Positions 45,616 to 56,831 of a stretch of DNA of 64,000 bases are shown here, piece by piece (positions within the stretch are counted from its first letter, which is position 1; every line of letters begins with the position of its first letter). The DNA comes from an uncultured virus (IMG/VR IMGVR_UViG_3300025529_000271). Lineage: Duplodnaviria; Heunggongvirae; Uroviricota; Caudoviricetes. The notes under the pieces are model-generated. The model searched no databases. It was not told where the DNA came from and was given only the letters and a program-made list of their open reading frames with translations. The stretch lies in the IMG/VR virus record IMGVR_UViG_3300025529_000271; one strand, 5' to 3'. The translations under genes and the position numbers were made by a program.

Positions 45616-47814
45616 ATGATGATACAAACTCGAAAGCTCTGTGTTTCTTTTATGTTGTTCTTGTTGGCACTCCCATTCTTCTTTGTGAAGGATGTTCACG
45701 CCAATACGATTTACACGGTGGATGCTAACGGAAATTTGGTGCTGTATGGTACTTCGGGGTCTTCTGTCGACTTTGATTCTTTTCTTATGAATTTACAGAA
45801 AAACATTATTGACTCGGTAAAAGGATTGGATACAGGGACTCTACATAATGGGATTACGGTCGTTGGGGGTCTGGATTACGAGTATCTCTCTGGGGGTTAT
45901 GCGGGTTCTCTTTGGAGTACCATCACTTCTTCAGATGTTGGTGGTTTTAAGGAGTCAACTGAAGGTCATTACGTCTACTTGCGTAATGGGTCGGACTTCT
46001 TGAAGGTCTATGTACCTCAAGGGAAAATTTATGTAGTAGATTATAAAAACGTGGACGGGGTACTTGTCGCCAGTGGTGGTCATTATGAATATGTAAACCA
46101 AAAGGAAATCGCCAAGGCGCAAGAGTTGTTTAAGCGCTATGCGGACGTGGTGAAGCAGTCTGTCGCGGTCGGGTCGATGGCGCATGCGTTTAACGTTTAT
46201 ACTTTCTATCCTTCTTCTCGTCAGGTTTATCTGAAGGACTTGATTGAGTTTCCTTCGGATGGGTCGGAGGGGAAGCTTAAGGCGAATTCCAGTATCAGTT
46301 ATTCGTTGGACTACCTCATGCATCCCTTCCGGGGGCGTATGAAGTTCTCGGAAGTGCAAGGGGTAACAAGTTGGGAGACGACTACAGGGCTTCCAACACC
46401 TACGACTAATAAAGAACGTGTTACTTTTGCGGTCAATGAAAATTATCGGGATTTTATTATCAGTTCTGAGGGTCGTGAGTCGCTGTCGGGGATTCAAAGT
46501 ACGGTTCTGGGGACGAATAGCGGTGGGATTAAAGAAGTGACGTCTCAGCGCAGTAAGACTAAGGTTTCTCCGCTCCATGCAGTGGATACTACGTTGCGGT
46601 TGGCAGTGCCGTTTAAGTTCTCTGAGTTTGCGGCAAATCGTGGAACCTACTTCTTGAAGGATACGACAGGATATAAACTCTTTGACGGGGTGAGACTTCG
46701 CGTAACTACTAATGAGGTTTATACGGAAGATGAGAATGGGAACTTCAAAAGTGCCGGAGACTATGCGAAGTATAATATCGTTTTGGATAGTTTGGTTATC
46801 ACTAAATTGGAAGTTGATGATGACGGAAAGCCTTCGGAAGGAACCTCCAAGTTTATTGGTGCGGTTATTCCGCTTCGGTATAAGGAGGCGGTTTTCGTTC
46901 CGAATGTCTCGTCGGGGGTAGCCACGAATTCCGAAGGTAACACGGTTCCCATTATTGATGGGGGTATGGACATTCCTTCTACGGGGAAGGTCTACTTTAC
47001 GGGGCGTGAGTTGCATTTTCGGAATGACTATGCGACGAAGGCTACCTTGATTGGAACTAACCAAGATATTTTTGCGGTGTATTCGATTACGGGTTATTCT
47101 GACGTTCGTTTGTTGCACTATTCTTTCCTTCCGGGCAAGTCGGATCACACTGACCCTAGTAACCATACGGATTTTAAGGATTTACGCCCACCGTCTTTCG
47201 AGATCAGTGCGGGGTTCTATGCTGACGAGACGGGGTATGGTGGTTTTGTTCTGTTTTATAACAATTACTATGTTGAAAATCAGGATTTGATGTCTTGGTT
47301 GCGGAGTGATCACGCAAAGTCTATGTCAGGGGTATACGCAGAAGAGTTGTTGAGTCATATTAAGGGGTTGTTTGAAGTTGAGGAAATTCCGCTATCTTAC
47401 GCAGAGTGGAATCGTTTGCAGGAAATTAGAGCGGAGTTGGAGGAAACAGAAACCTCTTTCTTAGGGAAGGTCATTTATGTGATCCTTTTGAGTTTTGGTA
47501 TTCTGCTTTCCTTCTATGCATCTTTGCTCTTGTTGGTATACTGGATTGACCGAGCGAACTTTTTTGGGGATTTCCAGTTGCTTGGTTTCTTGACTTTCGG
47601 GAAACTGAATGTTTCTCCGGGTGAAATTCGTCCATTCCGATTCCACTCCGAGTATCCGTCTGAAGGTGGTGTAACTTATGCAACCTTCGGTCGAATGGTG
47701 GTCATAAGTTTGTCGCTTTACGCGCTTTCTGTTCTCTGTGCAAATGCGACTTGGTTGATCAGTCTCTTTGTGGACATTTACTATACCTTCATGGAGTGGG
47801 TGGGGTTTGTATGA
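45616..47814 (+). CDS. large exported protein with C-terminal TM helices
   Basis: signal peptide (VHA), hydrophobic C-terminus, ATGA coupling to next gene. Confidence 0.8.
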   Translation: MMIQTRKLCVSFMLFLLALPFFFVKDVHANTIYTVDANGNLVLYGTSGSSVDFDSFLMNLQKNIIDSVKGLDTGTLHNGITVVGGLDYEYLSGGYAGSLWSTITSSDVGGFKESTEGHYVYLRNGSDFLKVYVPQGKIYVVDYKNVDGVLVASGGHYEYVNQKEIAKAQELFKRYADVVKQSVAVGSMAHAFNVYTFYPSSRQVYLKDLIEFPSDGSEGKLKANSSISYSLDYLMHPFRGRMKFSEVQGVTSWETTTGLPTPTTNKERVTFAVNENYRDFIISSEGRESLSGIQSTVLGTNSGGIKEVTSQRSKTKVSPLHAVDTTLRLAVPFKFSEFAANRGTYFLKDTTGYKLFDGVRLRVTTNEVYTEDENGNFKSAGDYAKYNIVLDSLVITKLEVDDDGKPSEGTSKFIGAVIPLRYKEAVFVPNVSSGVATNSEGNTVPIIDGGMDIPSTGKVYFTGRELHFRNDYATKATLIGTNQDIFAVYSITGYSDVRLLHYSFLPGKSDHTDPSNHTDFKDLRPPSFEISAGFYADETGYGGFVLFYNNYYVENQDLMSWLRSDHAKSMSGVYAEELLSHIKGLFEVEEIPLSYAEWNRLQEIRAELEETETSFLGKVIYVILLSFGILLSFYASLLLLVYWIDRANFFGDFQLLGFLTFGKLNVSPGEIRPFRFHSEYPSEGGVTYATFGRMVVISLSLYALSVLCANATWLISLFVDIYYTFMEWVGFV

Positions 47815-50800
47815 TATTTTTAAGACATAAGAAATTCGTGTCACTATTTCTCTTGTTTTCTCTTACGTTACCTTTGCTTTTTTCGCTTATTGTTCCAATT
47901 AGTAGGGTAACGGCAGCTGAAGTACCAGGGGGTAATAGTGCGAATCAAATGGCGACCTCCATGATCGGGTATTTCCGGGATAAGAACAATATCAACCCGA
48001 AGGGGTTGAAGCAAGCGGAAGCCCGTATCTGGGGTGTGTTCTTGTCGAACTTCTTTATTCCTTGGAGTACGACGCTGGAGTCTTTGAAGAGTGACACTCA
48101 ACAAGCTAAGGGACTTTCAGAAACGCTGAGTAAACGCTTTTTTGGGGACGACTTGGCGCAGTCTTCGGTCTTTTTGGAATTGAACGGTTTGATCCATCAG
48201 GCGATTTATGATGAAGCGGTTAACGGTACCTTTACGCTTTATCCGACGGCGGATGAAGCGAAAAATAAAGGTACGAAGCTTTCTGGTGAACTGCTCTTGA
48301 AGAAAATCGCCAGTACACAAATGCGTTCGGATGGTGCGAACAGCTCTGAAAAAGTAGATGGTTCGAATACGGTAGAGGCATATGACCCTTACTTGTACCT
48401 CAACAAAAATGGCGTTGGGGTAAAGGTGATGAATCTCAATGACAAGGCAACGCGGGCGGCATTGAAAGTCTTGTTTGGTTTGTCATCAGAAATGGTCATG
48501 TCGAAGGAAAAGGGTCTTCGCAAGATGGAATCGCTCCATCTTGACGGTTTTGGGAATATCTGGGGTAGACCAGAAGGGGAGCATGATTACAATAAACTTG
48601 TCCTTGTACTTCCGGCGGCATTGAACCCAGTGACGTTTGGTGGGGACAAAAGTCTGGATAACAATTCGATGAAGTTCCCGGTTGCCAATACGTTTGTTAT
48701 GGGTACGATCATGCATTTTAATGCTGGCGATCTTTCAAATAACCCAAATAAGTTTATTCCGTACTATAACGTGGCTTTCGACTCTCAGGTCAGCTTGAGT
48801 AACTCGGTTTCCCTTTATGGGGTATATTCGGTGTCTCCGAATATCGCTAATTCGGACAGGCTCTTTAAGGGGTATGGTTCTAGCCTTACGTTGGATGATA
48901 TTAAGGACTTTGTTAACTCTGAGACTGGAGCCTTGAAGTCTGAGTCTAACGCAGTCGTGTTCCTCGATTATAACGTAAAGGAGAACTCCTATTTCTCTAC
49001 TAAAGCGTTTGAGGAGTCGAATATTTCTGGTTTTACGACTAATGCTCGGCAGTCTTTGTCGCAGTATTTCGCAGAAAGTTTGGCGTTCCGTCTCAATGAG
49101 TTGGCGGATGAGATGTATTACTTCAATAACCCATATCAAAGCCTTAGTGGGGAGTTGGAGATCAATGATGAGATGAGTTTGTTCTCTAAGCAACGTTTGT
49201 TCACTAAGGCGATCTTCGATGAATCTTCGGGCGAATACTTGGATTCATTCGCTTTTTATAATGGTTCGCATGCCAGCTCTCCTTTAATGACGCTTTTGAG
49301 TCGTTTTTGGACTGAAGGCGGGTACACGCAGGAAGCACAGGATGAATTTCTGACTTCTAACTTCAAGGATCGGTACACGAGTTTGAAGGAAGATCCTGAT
49401 TACTTTAATTCTGGGGCACATTATCCTGATCCACCTTTTGTAAGGCAGGATATTCGGGATTTCTTTAATACTTTGACGTTCGATAGTCGTTTTAAGAGTT
49501 GGGAAACTCCGATCTCTATGCCTTCACAGATTTCTTACTCGTCTCTCTTGCAGTCGTTGGCGAAGTTTCTTTCACAGGGCGCGACTACGAAATTTATCGG
49601 TTCTTCTCTTTTGCCGACACCTCTTGGTGCGGAAAAAGTTGTGTTGAAGGATAAGTCGAAGTTCCTGTGGGTGATCGATATTCCGTGGACGGGTAAGAAA
49701 CGGGTGGTTTCGGCTTCCTTTACGAAGGAAGACAGCTTGCTTGGACAGTTGGTGACAGACGGTTCGTTGGTAGCGGTTCCTTCGGGTTCGGGTGCGTCAC
49801 ACCATTACTTTGCGTCTCTTGGCACCGAGTGGTATTTCTCCGGGGATTTGTATTCGCGTTATCAACAGTTGGAGGAAGGTGGGATGAACTACCCGCCCGC
49901 ACAAGAGTTGCGGAACCTTATCGCGCATTTCTTTATCTACGAGGTCTTTGGGGTACCGAACTCAATTCGTGGAGCGTTGCGAGGGGTAAATGCGGATTCC
50001 GAGGTTCCTTCTTATCAAGGTGGCGACTCGAAGTTTAAGCTCGAAAGTGCCATCTATAATGAAGTGAACTACTTCGTTGGGATTTATTGGGGGTACATGG
50101 TGGGTCTGCTCGGTGCGGGTAAGGAGAATATCGAGCAGGAGTTACTATTCTCTAACCAGTATTTACCGACTATTCACATCAATGTTTCCGGGGGTAGTGG
50201 TTTCCGTTTCTCCGATGCGTTCACTTCTGCTGGAGCGGTGGCATCGGATAAGATGACGGACGAAGTGTTGGCTCGGGACTTGCTTCGCAAAATGTACTCG
50301 TTGTTAAGCGATGGAGAAAGTCAATATCGTAACAACATCATTAAAGCGACGCAAGATAGCTGGATCATTTCGACGCATCATAGCATTGTCGGTTCTTGGG
50401 TCGGAAAGGACTTCACGGTATCGGCAGGTGGCGGTAACTCTTACGGTTCAGTCGTGGGGTTCATTAACACGCCGAGTTTAACGGATTTGCCGTTGACGGC
50501 ATGGCTTTTGAAGGATTATATGTTGGTCTACCTCTGCGTGTTGGTTGTGACGTTCATCTTGTGTATTTTGATGGTCGCGGTCAACGTGCGCTCCCTGCGG
50601 GAGGGGGTATTGACCTTCATTGTGATGGCGTTTCTACTCTTTTTACCGCAGTTCTTGCTTTCGGGGGTTATTAACCTTACGAACAGTGTGTCTGACCGTA
50701 TTTTCTCGGATCGTTTTAATTACTGGGCGATTGTTCAGCATGAGCAAAGTGTTCGTGGTTTGAGTAAGGCGGCAGAGACAGGTGACCCGATTGAGTTTAA

Positions 50801-53324
50801 TATTGAAGTTGCGGCTCAACAAATGACAAACACTTACGGTAACACACCTAGCGTTACGCTGAAGTGGATGGCACCGAAACGCTATGATTACTTTAAGAAA
50901 ATAAACGGAACTTCAACGGTCACTAAAAACATCACTTCTAACCTGAGTATCTTCCGCTGGATTTTTGCATCGTTCCTCACGCAAGATCAGTTTGTTTATG
51001 ACGATCCTTTGGCGACCTATGTATATCGTTCCTATAATACGATAGCACTCGAAGCAAAGAACATGGTCAAGGATATGCGTGACGAGAGCGTATCAAAGGC
51101 GGGGGTACTTGCGGAACTGGAGTCGAAAGTTAATGGTTTTGCGGGTTTGCCTGATGAACGTTTTGCTAAAATTTTGGGAAAGGTGAACTTTACTCTTTCC
51201 CCGGAAATTGAGCAACGGGTAGCTCGCGTGGCTCCGATTAATAAAGGTGATCCGCTTTGGAACACGAATGGTTCTCAAGCGGAGAAGGAAAAGGTAGAGA
51301 TTTATCGCTATTGGTTCCTCAGCAGTCAGGATATCAATAATGCCATTTTTAACTCCAGCGTTGACACAGGGGTAGGTTTTTCTGGAAGCATCAATAACAG
51401 TCGTAACCGAGCCTTCGCGTTGATTACGGAAAGTCCTTTCTACTACTTCTACAGTGCTTTGGCAAACCGACAATTGGGGACGAACTTCCGTAACGACTTG
51501 TTGAATGAAAATATCTTCCGGGTTAAAGGTGAAACGGGCGAGCTGTATAATAATCAGCTTCGTGATTTCTTGGATTTGGAAGGTCTTTTCACGTATGTCA
51601 TTCCGTACTTGCAACAGGGTAACGATTATGTCTATCGTTATGTGAATAAGTATGGTAAGGACTACAAGGATATGTCAAGCGTTATCGCTCCGACCATGCC
51701 AGATCCGAGTGACCCAGATTATGAACGGAAGCTTCAGGAGTATCAAGAGTATGAAAGTCTGATGCAACACAATACAAATCTGGAGAAGGTTTGGTTCTTG
51801 TATAGTCCTTGGGTTGATCAGCTTTATTCGACTTCTTTCTCGTATGGTAGTTATCGAGCCGCTGGTAAGTCTTATTACTTGGACGACACTATCAATCCAT
51901 CGTACTATGAAATTAGCGGTAGACCGATGATCTTCTCCCCTGCGGATATGCATGCGAAGTATTTTAAGGAATCTGATCTTACGTTGGTGGAGCAAAAGAT
52001 TCAAAACGTGTTGAAAGAGACCTACCGTGATATGATGTATCTCATTAACTACTATGACTTTGACGATGATGTTTTGCTTACAGCGGCGGCGATGTCGGCA
52101 ACTTTCAATTTTAATAAGGAGTTCTCGGAGATTCGTTTTCTTGGAGAAAGTTCCATTCAGTACCCACAGGGTTTTGAGTTGAAGAACTTCAACTATGATG
52201 CCTTTATGCGGTTGATCCTTATGAATTCAACGGGCGAGCCGATGTTGTCTGATGAGGACTTGTATGTTCGGGTGGTCAAAAAGACCTCTTTCATCACTGG
52301 ACTCCTTCTGTTGGCTTCGGATATTCTGAATGTCATCGTGGTTCCGGCGCTTAAGATGGTCTTGTTGTTCCTGCTCTTTATCATGATCTTCATCATGGTA
52401 CTGAATGGTATGATTACCCCGCCAGATAAGGTTCTTTCTCACGTGATGAAGAAAATCTTTGTACCAGTTTTGAGCTTCATGGTAGCGACAGTGGTCTTCG
52501 CCATTATCGTCTCGATGATTATGGGTGAAGGTTTGACGGGGTACGTTGGTTCTCGCTTGCCGACGATTGGCATGACTGACCCGACTATCACGTTGCTCAT
52601 TATGATCGTGGTTTCGCTCATTTACATCTTTGTCATGTTCGTTCTGGCACTCAAGTTCTTCCGTACTATTCGGGATGAGGGTTCTGCGTTGCTTGGTTCT
52701 GTGGTGGGTATGGTGGCAGACGCCAGCGCTGGCTTCCTGCAAAAGGTTACGGGTGGTGCTTTGCGTGGGTTTGGTCGAGTTTTTGGGTTTGGTCGTCCTT
52801 CGGTACGGTATAAGGGGCGGTTGAAAGTTTCGCCTGAGAAGCCGAAGCGTCGTTTGATTCGTCGTACTGCTCGTTGGCTTACGGCGCGTTCTGTGGAGGA
52901 TCAGGCTCGTAAAACGGATAATCAGGCGGATTCTGCACCATCTGCAGGTATGACGACGGAAGAAATTGATAAGTTGGCAAGTCAGTCGAACCAGCCAGAG
53001 ATTTCGGCAGAGCCGACATCGGTAGAGGCACCGCAACCTGCAGTCGAGCCGCAACCTCGTCAACCTGCTGTATCTCCGTTCGATGAACCAGCACGGGGTA
53101 TGGATTTCAATGATCCATATATGAAGCAAATGAGGGTTACTCGTTCGAAGGCGGGCGATATTTCTATCAGCATGAAGTTGCGTTCTCCGGAAGAGTTCGA
53201 AAAGTATCTGAAGGAGAAGGAGCAACGGAAGGTTGATGAAGCCGCTCGTCGAGAAGCGAATAAACAGGCGCAAGTCGCTTCTGGTAAGGTTAAGTCGAAG
53301 AAGCGTCGGAAGAAAAAGAAATAA
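47811..53324 (+). CDS. giant polytopic membrane protein (~1837 aa), possible VirB6-like channel component
   Basis: signal peptide, two TM clusters, basic cytoplasmic tail; position in putative transfer operon. Confidence 0.6.
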   Translation: MIFLRHKKFVSLFLLFSLTLPLLFSLIVPISRVTAAEVPGGNSANQMATSMIGYFRDKNNINPKGLKQAEARIWGVFLSNFFIPWSTTLESLKSDTQQAKGLSETLSKRFFGDDLAQSSVFLELNGLIHQAIYDEAVNGTFTLYPTADEAKNKGTKLSGELLLKKIASTQMRSDGANSSEKVDGSNTVEAYDPYLYLNKNGVGVKVMNLNDKATRAALKVLFGLSSEMVMSKEKGLRKMESLHLDGFGNIWGRPEGEHDYNKLVLVLPAALNPVTFGGDKSLDNNSMKFPVANTFVMGTIMHFNAGDLSNNPNKFIPYYNVAFDSQVSLSNSVSLYGVYSVSPNIANSDRLFKGYGSSLTLDDIKDFVNSETGALKSESNAVVFLDYNVKENSYFSTKAFEESNISGFTTNARQSLSQYFAESLAFRLNELADEMYYFNNPYQSLSGELEINDEMSLFSKQRLFTKAIFDESSGEYLDSFAFYNGSHASSPLMTLLSRFWTEGGYTQEAQDEFLTSNFKDRYTSLKEDPDYFNSGAHYPDPPFVRQDIRDFFNTLTFDSRFKSWETPISMPSQISYSSLLQSLAKFLSQGATTKFIGSSLLPTPLGAEKVVLKDKSKFLWVIDIPWTGKKRVVSASFTKEDSLLGQLVTDGSLVAVPSGSGASHHYFASLGTEWYFSGDLYSRYQQLEEGGMNYPPAQELRNLIAHFFIYEVFGVPNSIRGALRGVNADSEVPSYQGGDSKFKLESAIYNEVNYFVGIYWGYMVGLLGAGKENIEQELLFSNQYLPTIHINVSGGSGFRFSDAFTSAGAVASDKMTDEVLARDLLRKMYSLLSDGESQYRNNIIKATQDSWIISTHHSIVGSWVGKDFTVSAGGGNSYGSVVGFINTPSLTDLPLTAWLLKDYMLVYLCVLVVTFILCILMVAVNVRSLREGVLTFIVMAFLLFLPQFLLSGVINLTNSVSDRIFSDRFNYWAIVQHEQSVRGLSKAAETGDPIEFNIEVAAQQMTNTYGNTPSVTLKWMAPKRYDYFKKINGTSTVTKNITSNLSIFRWIFASFLTQDQFVYDDPLATYVYRSYNTIALEAKNMVKDMRDESVSKAGVLAELESKVNGFAGLPDERFAKILGKVNFTLSPEIEQRVARVAPINKGDPLWNTNGSQAEKEKVEIYRYWFLSSQDINNAIFNSSVDTGVGFSGSINNSRNRAFALITESPFYYFYSALANRQLGTNFRNDLLNENIFRVKGETGELYNNQLRDFLDLEGLFTYVIPYLQQGNDYVYRYVNKYGKDYKDMSSVIAPTMPDPSDPDYERKLQEYQEYESLMQHNTNLEKVWFLYSPWVDQLYSTSFSYGSYRAAGKSYYLDDTINPSYYEISGRPMIFSPADMHAKYFKESDLTLVEQKIQNVLKETYRDMMYLINYYDFDDDVLLTAAAMSATFNFNKEFSEIRFLGESSIQYPQGFELKNFNYDAFMRLILMNSTGEPMLSDEDLYVRVVKKTSFITGLLLLASDILNVIVVPALKMVLLFLLFIMIFIMVLNGMITPPDKVLSHVMKKIFVPVLSFMVATVVFAIIVSMIMGEGLTGYVGSRLPTIGMTDPTITLLIMIVVSLIYIFVMFVLALKFFRTIRDEGSALLGSVVGMVADASAGFLQKVTGGALRGFGRVFGFGRPSVRYKGRLKVSPEKPKRRLIRRTARWLTARSVEDQARKTDNQADSAPSAGMTTEEIDKLASQSNQPEISAEPTSVEAPQPAVEPQPRQPAVSPFDEPARGMDFNDPYMKQMRVTRSKAGDISISMKLRSPEEFEKYLKEKEQRKVDEAARREANKQAQVASGKVKSKKRRKKKK

Positions 53325-53387
53325 GTTTGAACCCGATAGTGGAGGGGTAGCTCTGTCTGCCCCTCCATTTCTTAAAGGGGTGTTTGT

Positions 53388-55625
53388 ATGCTGAGTTTTC
53401 TTTTACTTATAAAGTCTCTTTTTATTCGGGTCACTTCATTGTTTAAGAAGAATCCGAAGGGTCAGGTCGAGAAGGCAAAGCGCTCTTTTGGACAAGCCAT
53501 CTTGGAAAGTGTGCTTGCAGTATTGGCGGCTTTCGAGATGATGCCAATTTTTCTGGTTTTAGCGCAAGTCTTCCTATTTGCTCTCCTTGCAGGGATACTT
53601 ATAGTCGTAATTTTAGGTATTTATCTATCAATCGTTTCTTTTTTCTCCGCAACTCCTGATGTGGTACCTCCTGATTTGACGTTTCCTGTGGAGGAAGAGA
53701 CGGTTGTCACTGGACGCAAGGGGGTCAAAGGTAATAAGCTCTCTTGGTCGGTAGAAGAGTTGAATGTAAACATGGCAAATCTTACCCCGTTGGAGCAGAA
53801 CATCTATCGTTTGGGAATTCTTATCAACCAAGCGATTACGGGGTATGACACCAAAAAGCGTGTTCTTGATCTTCCAACTCCTAGCATTGATGTTGACATA
53901 GCTATGTTTTTGGGGAAGTTGAGTACCGAGCAGTCTATGGTTATTTATCCTGAAAAGGATCTCCCAAATAAAAACGTTTTCCAACACCCGTATATGGCGA
54001 CGGAAAGTAATGCTGGTTTTGTGAACTTTGGTATTAGTAAGAATGATACGCCGCGAAACTACACGTCTGTTGCGGGTAAGGACGTTGTAGATGCCCTTTA
54101 TCGGTTATACCCCTCACCTACGGGGTCGTATTCGTATCCTGCAAACTACTATCCTTGGGCGACTTTTATGTCGGTTGCGCACATCGCTGGGAAGGTTGAC
54201 TATGCAAATGGTTTCCTTAAGAATAAGGGCGAATTGGGTGCGCATGAAGACCGTTTAATGAAAGTCATCGAGGCTTGGGGTATTAGTGAGAAACGCCGTA
54301 TGGAGCTTTACACTATGCTTTACTATTTCCTTCTTCAAGCCCATTATCATGGGGTATCTCAAACTGAGTACGAACATTATTTCAATTTTTGGTGCGCTCT
54401 TTACTATGTTTCTGGTGATTCGGACGATACTCGCAGTCTCTATAATTGGGAACTTGAAGATTTGACAAATAAGGATGAAGACGCCTTTCCTGCTGTACCG
54501 GAGTACAAGTTCCGTAAGATTTTTATTGGTAGCGAGGGTATGAATGATCCGAAGTGGAAGCATCATACGGAGTTGAAGTTGGGTGATAATTCTATTAGAA
54601 TGAAGCTTAACGGTAGGGTTTTGGAGGAGCCTGTTTGGAAGTTCATTATGTCAGAAGCAAATATGTCGACTTACCCTGAAAGTCGGCGTGTAGCGATGGA
54701 GGAGGCTTGGCAAGAGCTTAAGAAAATGTCGGGCTACTCCGGTAACATGCAAACTCGCACTTTGAACTTCCACTATGGGTTTAACTCTTTCATTCAAGGA
54801 AAAGCTATTATTGAAATCCTTGAAAAGAAGGTCGTACCGCTCCGCTCCGAAATCGTTTACGGGGGTAAGAATCCCGAGGGTAACGCGACGTTTACGATTG
54901 GCGGGCAAACCTACACTACTCGTCGTTATTATGAAGAGGTAAAGAAATCGCAGTTGCCGGATGATGCAGTAACTATCATCAATAATTTGATTAACTACTT
55001 TGGTGTTTCTGCATATGAGCAAGGGGAGGATTCTAAAGCTGAGGCTTTGCGTGAAGCCTATCCTTTAGAATCTGACCCTTATCAAGTGCCTTTCCAACGT
55101 CAGAGTGCTAATATCGAGTTGTATGGTGGGCAACCTTGGAGTACTCGTCGGGATAAGAATGGCGGATGGACGTTCTCTCGTAATGGTTGTATGATCTATT
55201 CTGTTGCTTACGTCCTCACGGCAAAGACGCGGATCGGGATCAATCCTCCTGAAACGGCGGCGCTTATGTATATGACAAATTCGCTTAGCAGTGGTGGGCT
55301 ACTGCGTTCTGGGTTACCGACTCTCTTTGGGTTGTTTGGTTTGAAGGTGAAGGAAGTTTCGAATATTCGTGCAACGAGTACGTGGGATAAGATCGATGAA
55401 ACTTTGCGGAATGGGGGTTTGGTTATCGCTAAATTCTCCGATCCTCCAATCGCTTCAAGGGGTTCGGATCACTTTGTGGTTATTAATAAGTTAATCGAGG
55501 AAAATGGTACGAAGAAATATCGAATGTATTCTTCGTCTGATGTATCGGATTCCCTTAAGTTGTGGGGTCGTGAAGAACTGCGGAAAGCGAGTTCAGCCGA
55601 GAATTATGTACTCTTGGTATATTAA
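53388..55625 (+). CDS. membrane-anchored protein with C-terminal C39-like cysteine peptidase (putative cell-wall hydrolase)
   Basis: PFQRQ...NGCMIYSVA...INPPE...DHFVVI. Confidence 0.65.
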   Translation: MLSFLLLIKSLFIRVTSLFKKNPKGQVEKAKRSFGQAILESVLAVLAAFEMMPIFLVLAQVFLFALLAGILIVVILGIYLSIVSFFSATPDVVPPDLTFPVEEETVVTGRKGVKGNKLSWSVEELNVNMANLTPLEQNIYRLGILINQAITGYDTKKRVLDLPTPSIDVDIAMFLGKLSTEQSMVIYPEKDLPNKNVFQHPYMATESNAGFVNFGISKNDTPRNYTSVAGKDVVDALYRLYPSPTGSYSYPANYYPWATFMSVAHIAGKVDYANGFLKNKGELGAHEDRLMKVIEAWGISEKRRMELYTMLYYFLLQAHYHGVSQTEYEHYFNFWCALYYVSGDSDDTRSLYNWELEDLTNKDEDAFPAVPEYKFRKIFIGSEGMNDPKWKHHTELKLGDNSIRMKLNGRVLEEPVWKFIMSEANMSTYPESRRVAMEEAWQELKKMSGYSGNMQTRTLNFHYGFNSFIQGKAIIEILEKKVVPLRSEIVYGGKNPEGNATFTIGGQTYTTRRYYEEVKKSQLPDDAVTIINNLINYFGVSAYEQGEDSKAEALREAYPLESDPYQVPFQRQSANIELYGGQPWSTRRDKNGGWTFSRNGCMIYSVAYVLTAKTRIGINPPETAALMYMTNSLSSGGLLRSGLPTLFGLFGLKVKEVSNIRATSTWDKIDETLRNGGLVIAKFSDPPIASRGSDHFVVINKLIEENGTKKYRMYSSSDVSDSLKLWGREELRKASSAENYVLLVY

Positions 55626-55638
55626 GGGGGTATTTGAG

Positions 55639-56403
55639 ATGGCGTTGTCGTCTCGGAGGTATTTGCTGTGGGTGGTTACCATTTGTTTTTTCATAGTATC
55701 GGTAGCAGGGGTTACAATAGTAAAATTTCTTGGGGATTCGGAAAAGCGAAAGGTTGATGCACTGCAGGAAAATGGTTTGCTTTTCGCTAAGTCTTTGGCG
55801 GCTTCTTTCTACGGTTGGTACGACCCTAATTTGCAGTTGACGGTGGATTCTTCTCTCTTTGATCTGGGTATGTTTGTTGCTTATGAGCAACATTATCGGG
55901 ACTTGGAATCGAAGGACGAGCAGGTTTTCAATATGACGCAGTGGTTGGAAAGTGAGAGTATGTCTGGTTCGGAAATTGAAGCGATGCCTGATTTGGATAG
56001 CATCCCTTCCGATGAAGAGGACACCGAGGCTCCAGATTCTGATATTGAAGATATTGACTTGGACGAAGAAACCTCCGGTATGTTCGATCCTCGTTTGTTC
56101 AATCAAAATGGGGATTGGGTAATTCGGGTTAATGATTTGCACTTTAATGACGAGGGTTGGGACGTTGTTGTGTATGATGGGTCTGAGTACGTTATCTCGA
56201 AATCCCTTGTTCCTATCACCTTCGAGATGATGAAAAATGACCTTGACTATCATTACAATTTTAAGGACTCCTTCTTACGGAGGGAGAATAAGTCCTCTGG
56301 TTTCTTTGATGCGACTTTCGCGTCGTCGGTGACGCAAAAACCCCTACTGGTCAGGTTGTATATCGAGGGGTATAAGTTCACTCGTTTTGAGGTGCGACAA
56401 TGA
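55639..56403 (+). CDS. bitopic membrane protein with acidic insert
   Basis: ATG 55639, N-terminal TM. Confidence 0.7.
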   Translation: MALSSRRYLLWVVTICFFIVSVAGVTIVKFLGDSEKRKVDALQENGLLFAKSLAASFYGWYDPNLQLTVDSSLFDLGMFVAYEQHYRDLESKDEQVFNMTQWLESESMSGSEIEAMPDLDSIPSDEEDTEAPDSDIEDIDLDEETSGMFDPRLFNQNGDWVIRVNDLHFNDEGWDVVVYDGSEYVISKSLVPITFEMMKNDLDYHYNFKDSFLRRENKSSGFFDATFASSVTQKPLLVRLYIEGYKFTRFEVRQ

Positions 56404-56831
56404 AGTGGGTTCGTTTGGTGTCTGTTCTCTTGTTCTTGTGTGTATTGGTAGGGTGTGAAGGGGGTAATACCGCTGAGAATGAGAAAGTACAGTCTCTTTT
56501 GTCGGCTTATGCGGTGGCAGAAGCCCCTTCGAAGGAGTTGTATTTGGAGGTCATCCATTACTTAAACTCGAATACGTTCTCGGTGTCCAACTCCCCTTAT
56601 GCGGGGTACGAGGACGATATTAGAATATTCGTTGAGCATATCAACAAATATCAGTCACCAGACGTACCCTTCGATCCATATATTGAAAACTATTTGTTCC
56701 TTGATGACACAACGGGTGTAGTTGAACAAATGATTCATTTTTACAACTCAAATGGTAAGTCGGCATCTATTTTCATTTGGTATAAGGAGGGTGAGATTAT
56801 TGACGTGGAGACGGTTATTCACGCTATCTAG
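56400..56831 (+). CDS. lipoprotein
   Basis: lipobox LVGC; ATGA coupling. Confidence 0.75.
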   Translation: MKWVRLVSVLLFLCVLVGCEGGNTAENEKVQSLLSAYAVAEAPSKELYLEVIHYLNSNTFSVSNSPYAGYEDDIRIFVEHINKYQSPDVPFDPYIENYLFLDDTTGVVEQMIHFYNSNGKSASIFIWYKEGEIIDVETVIHAI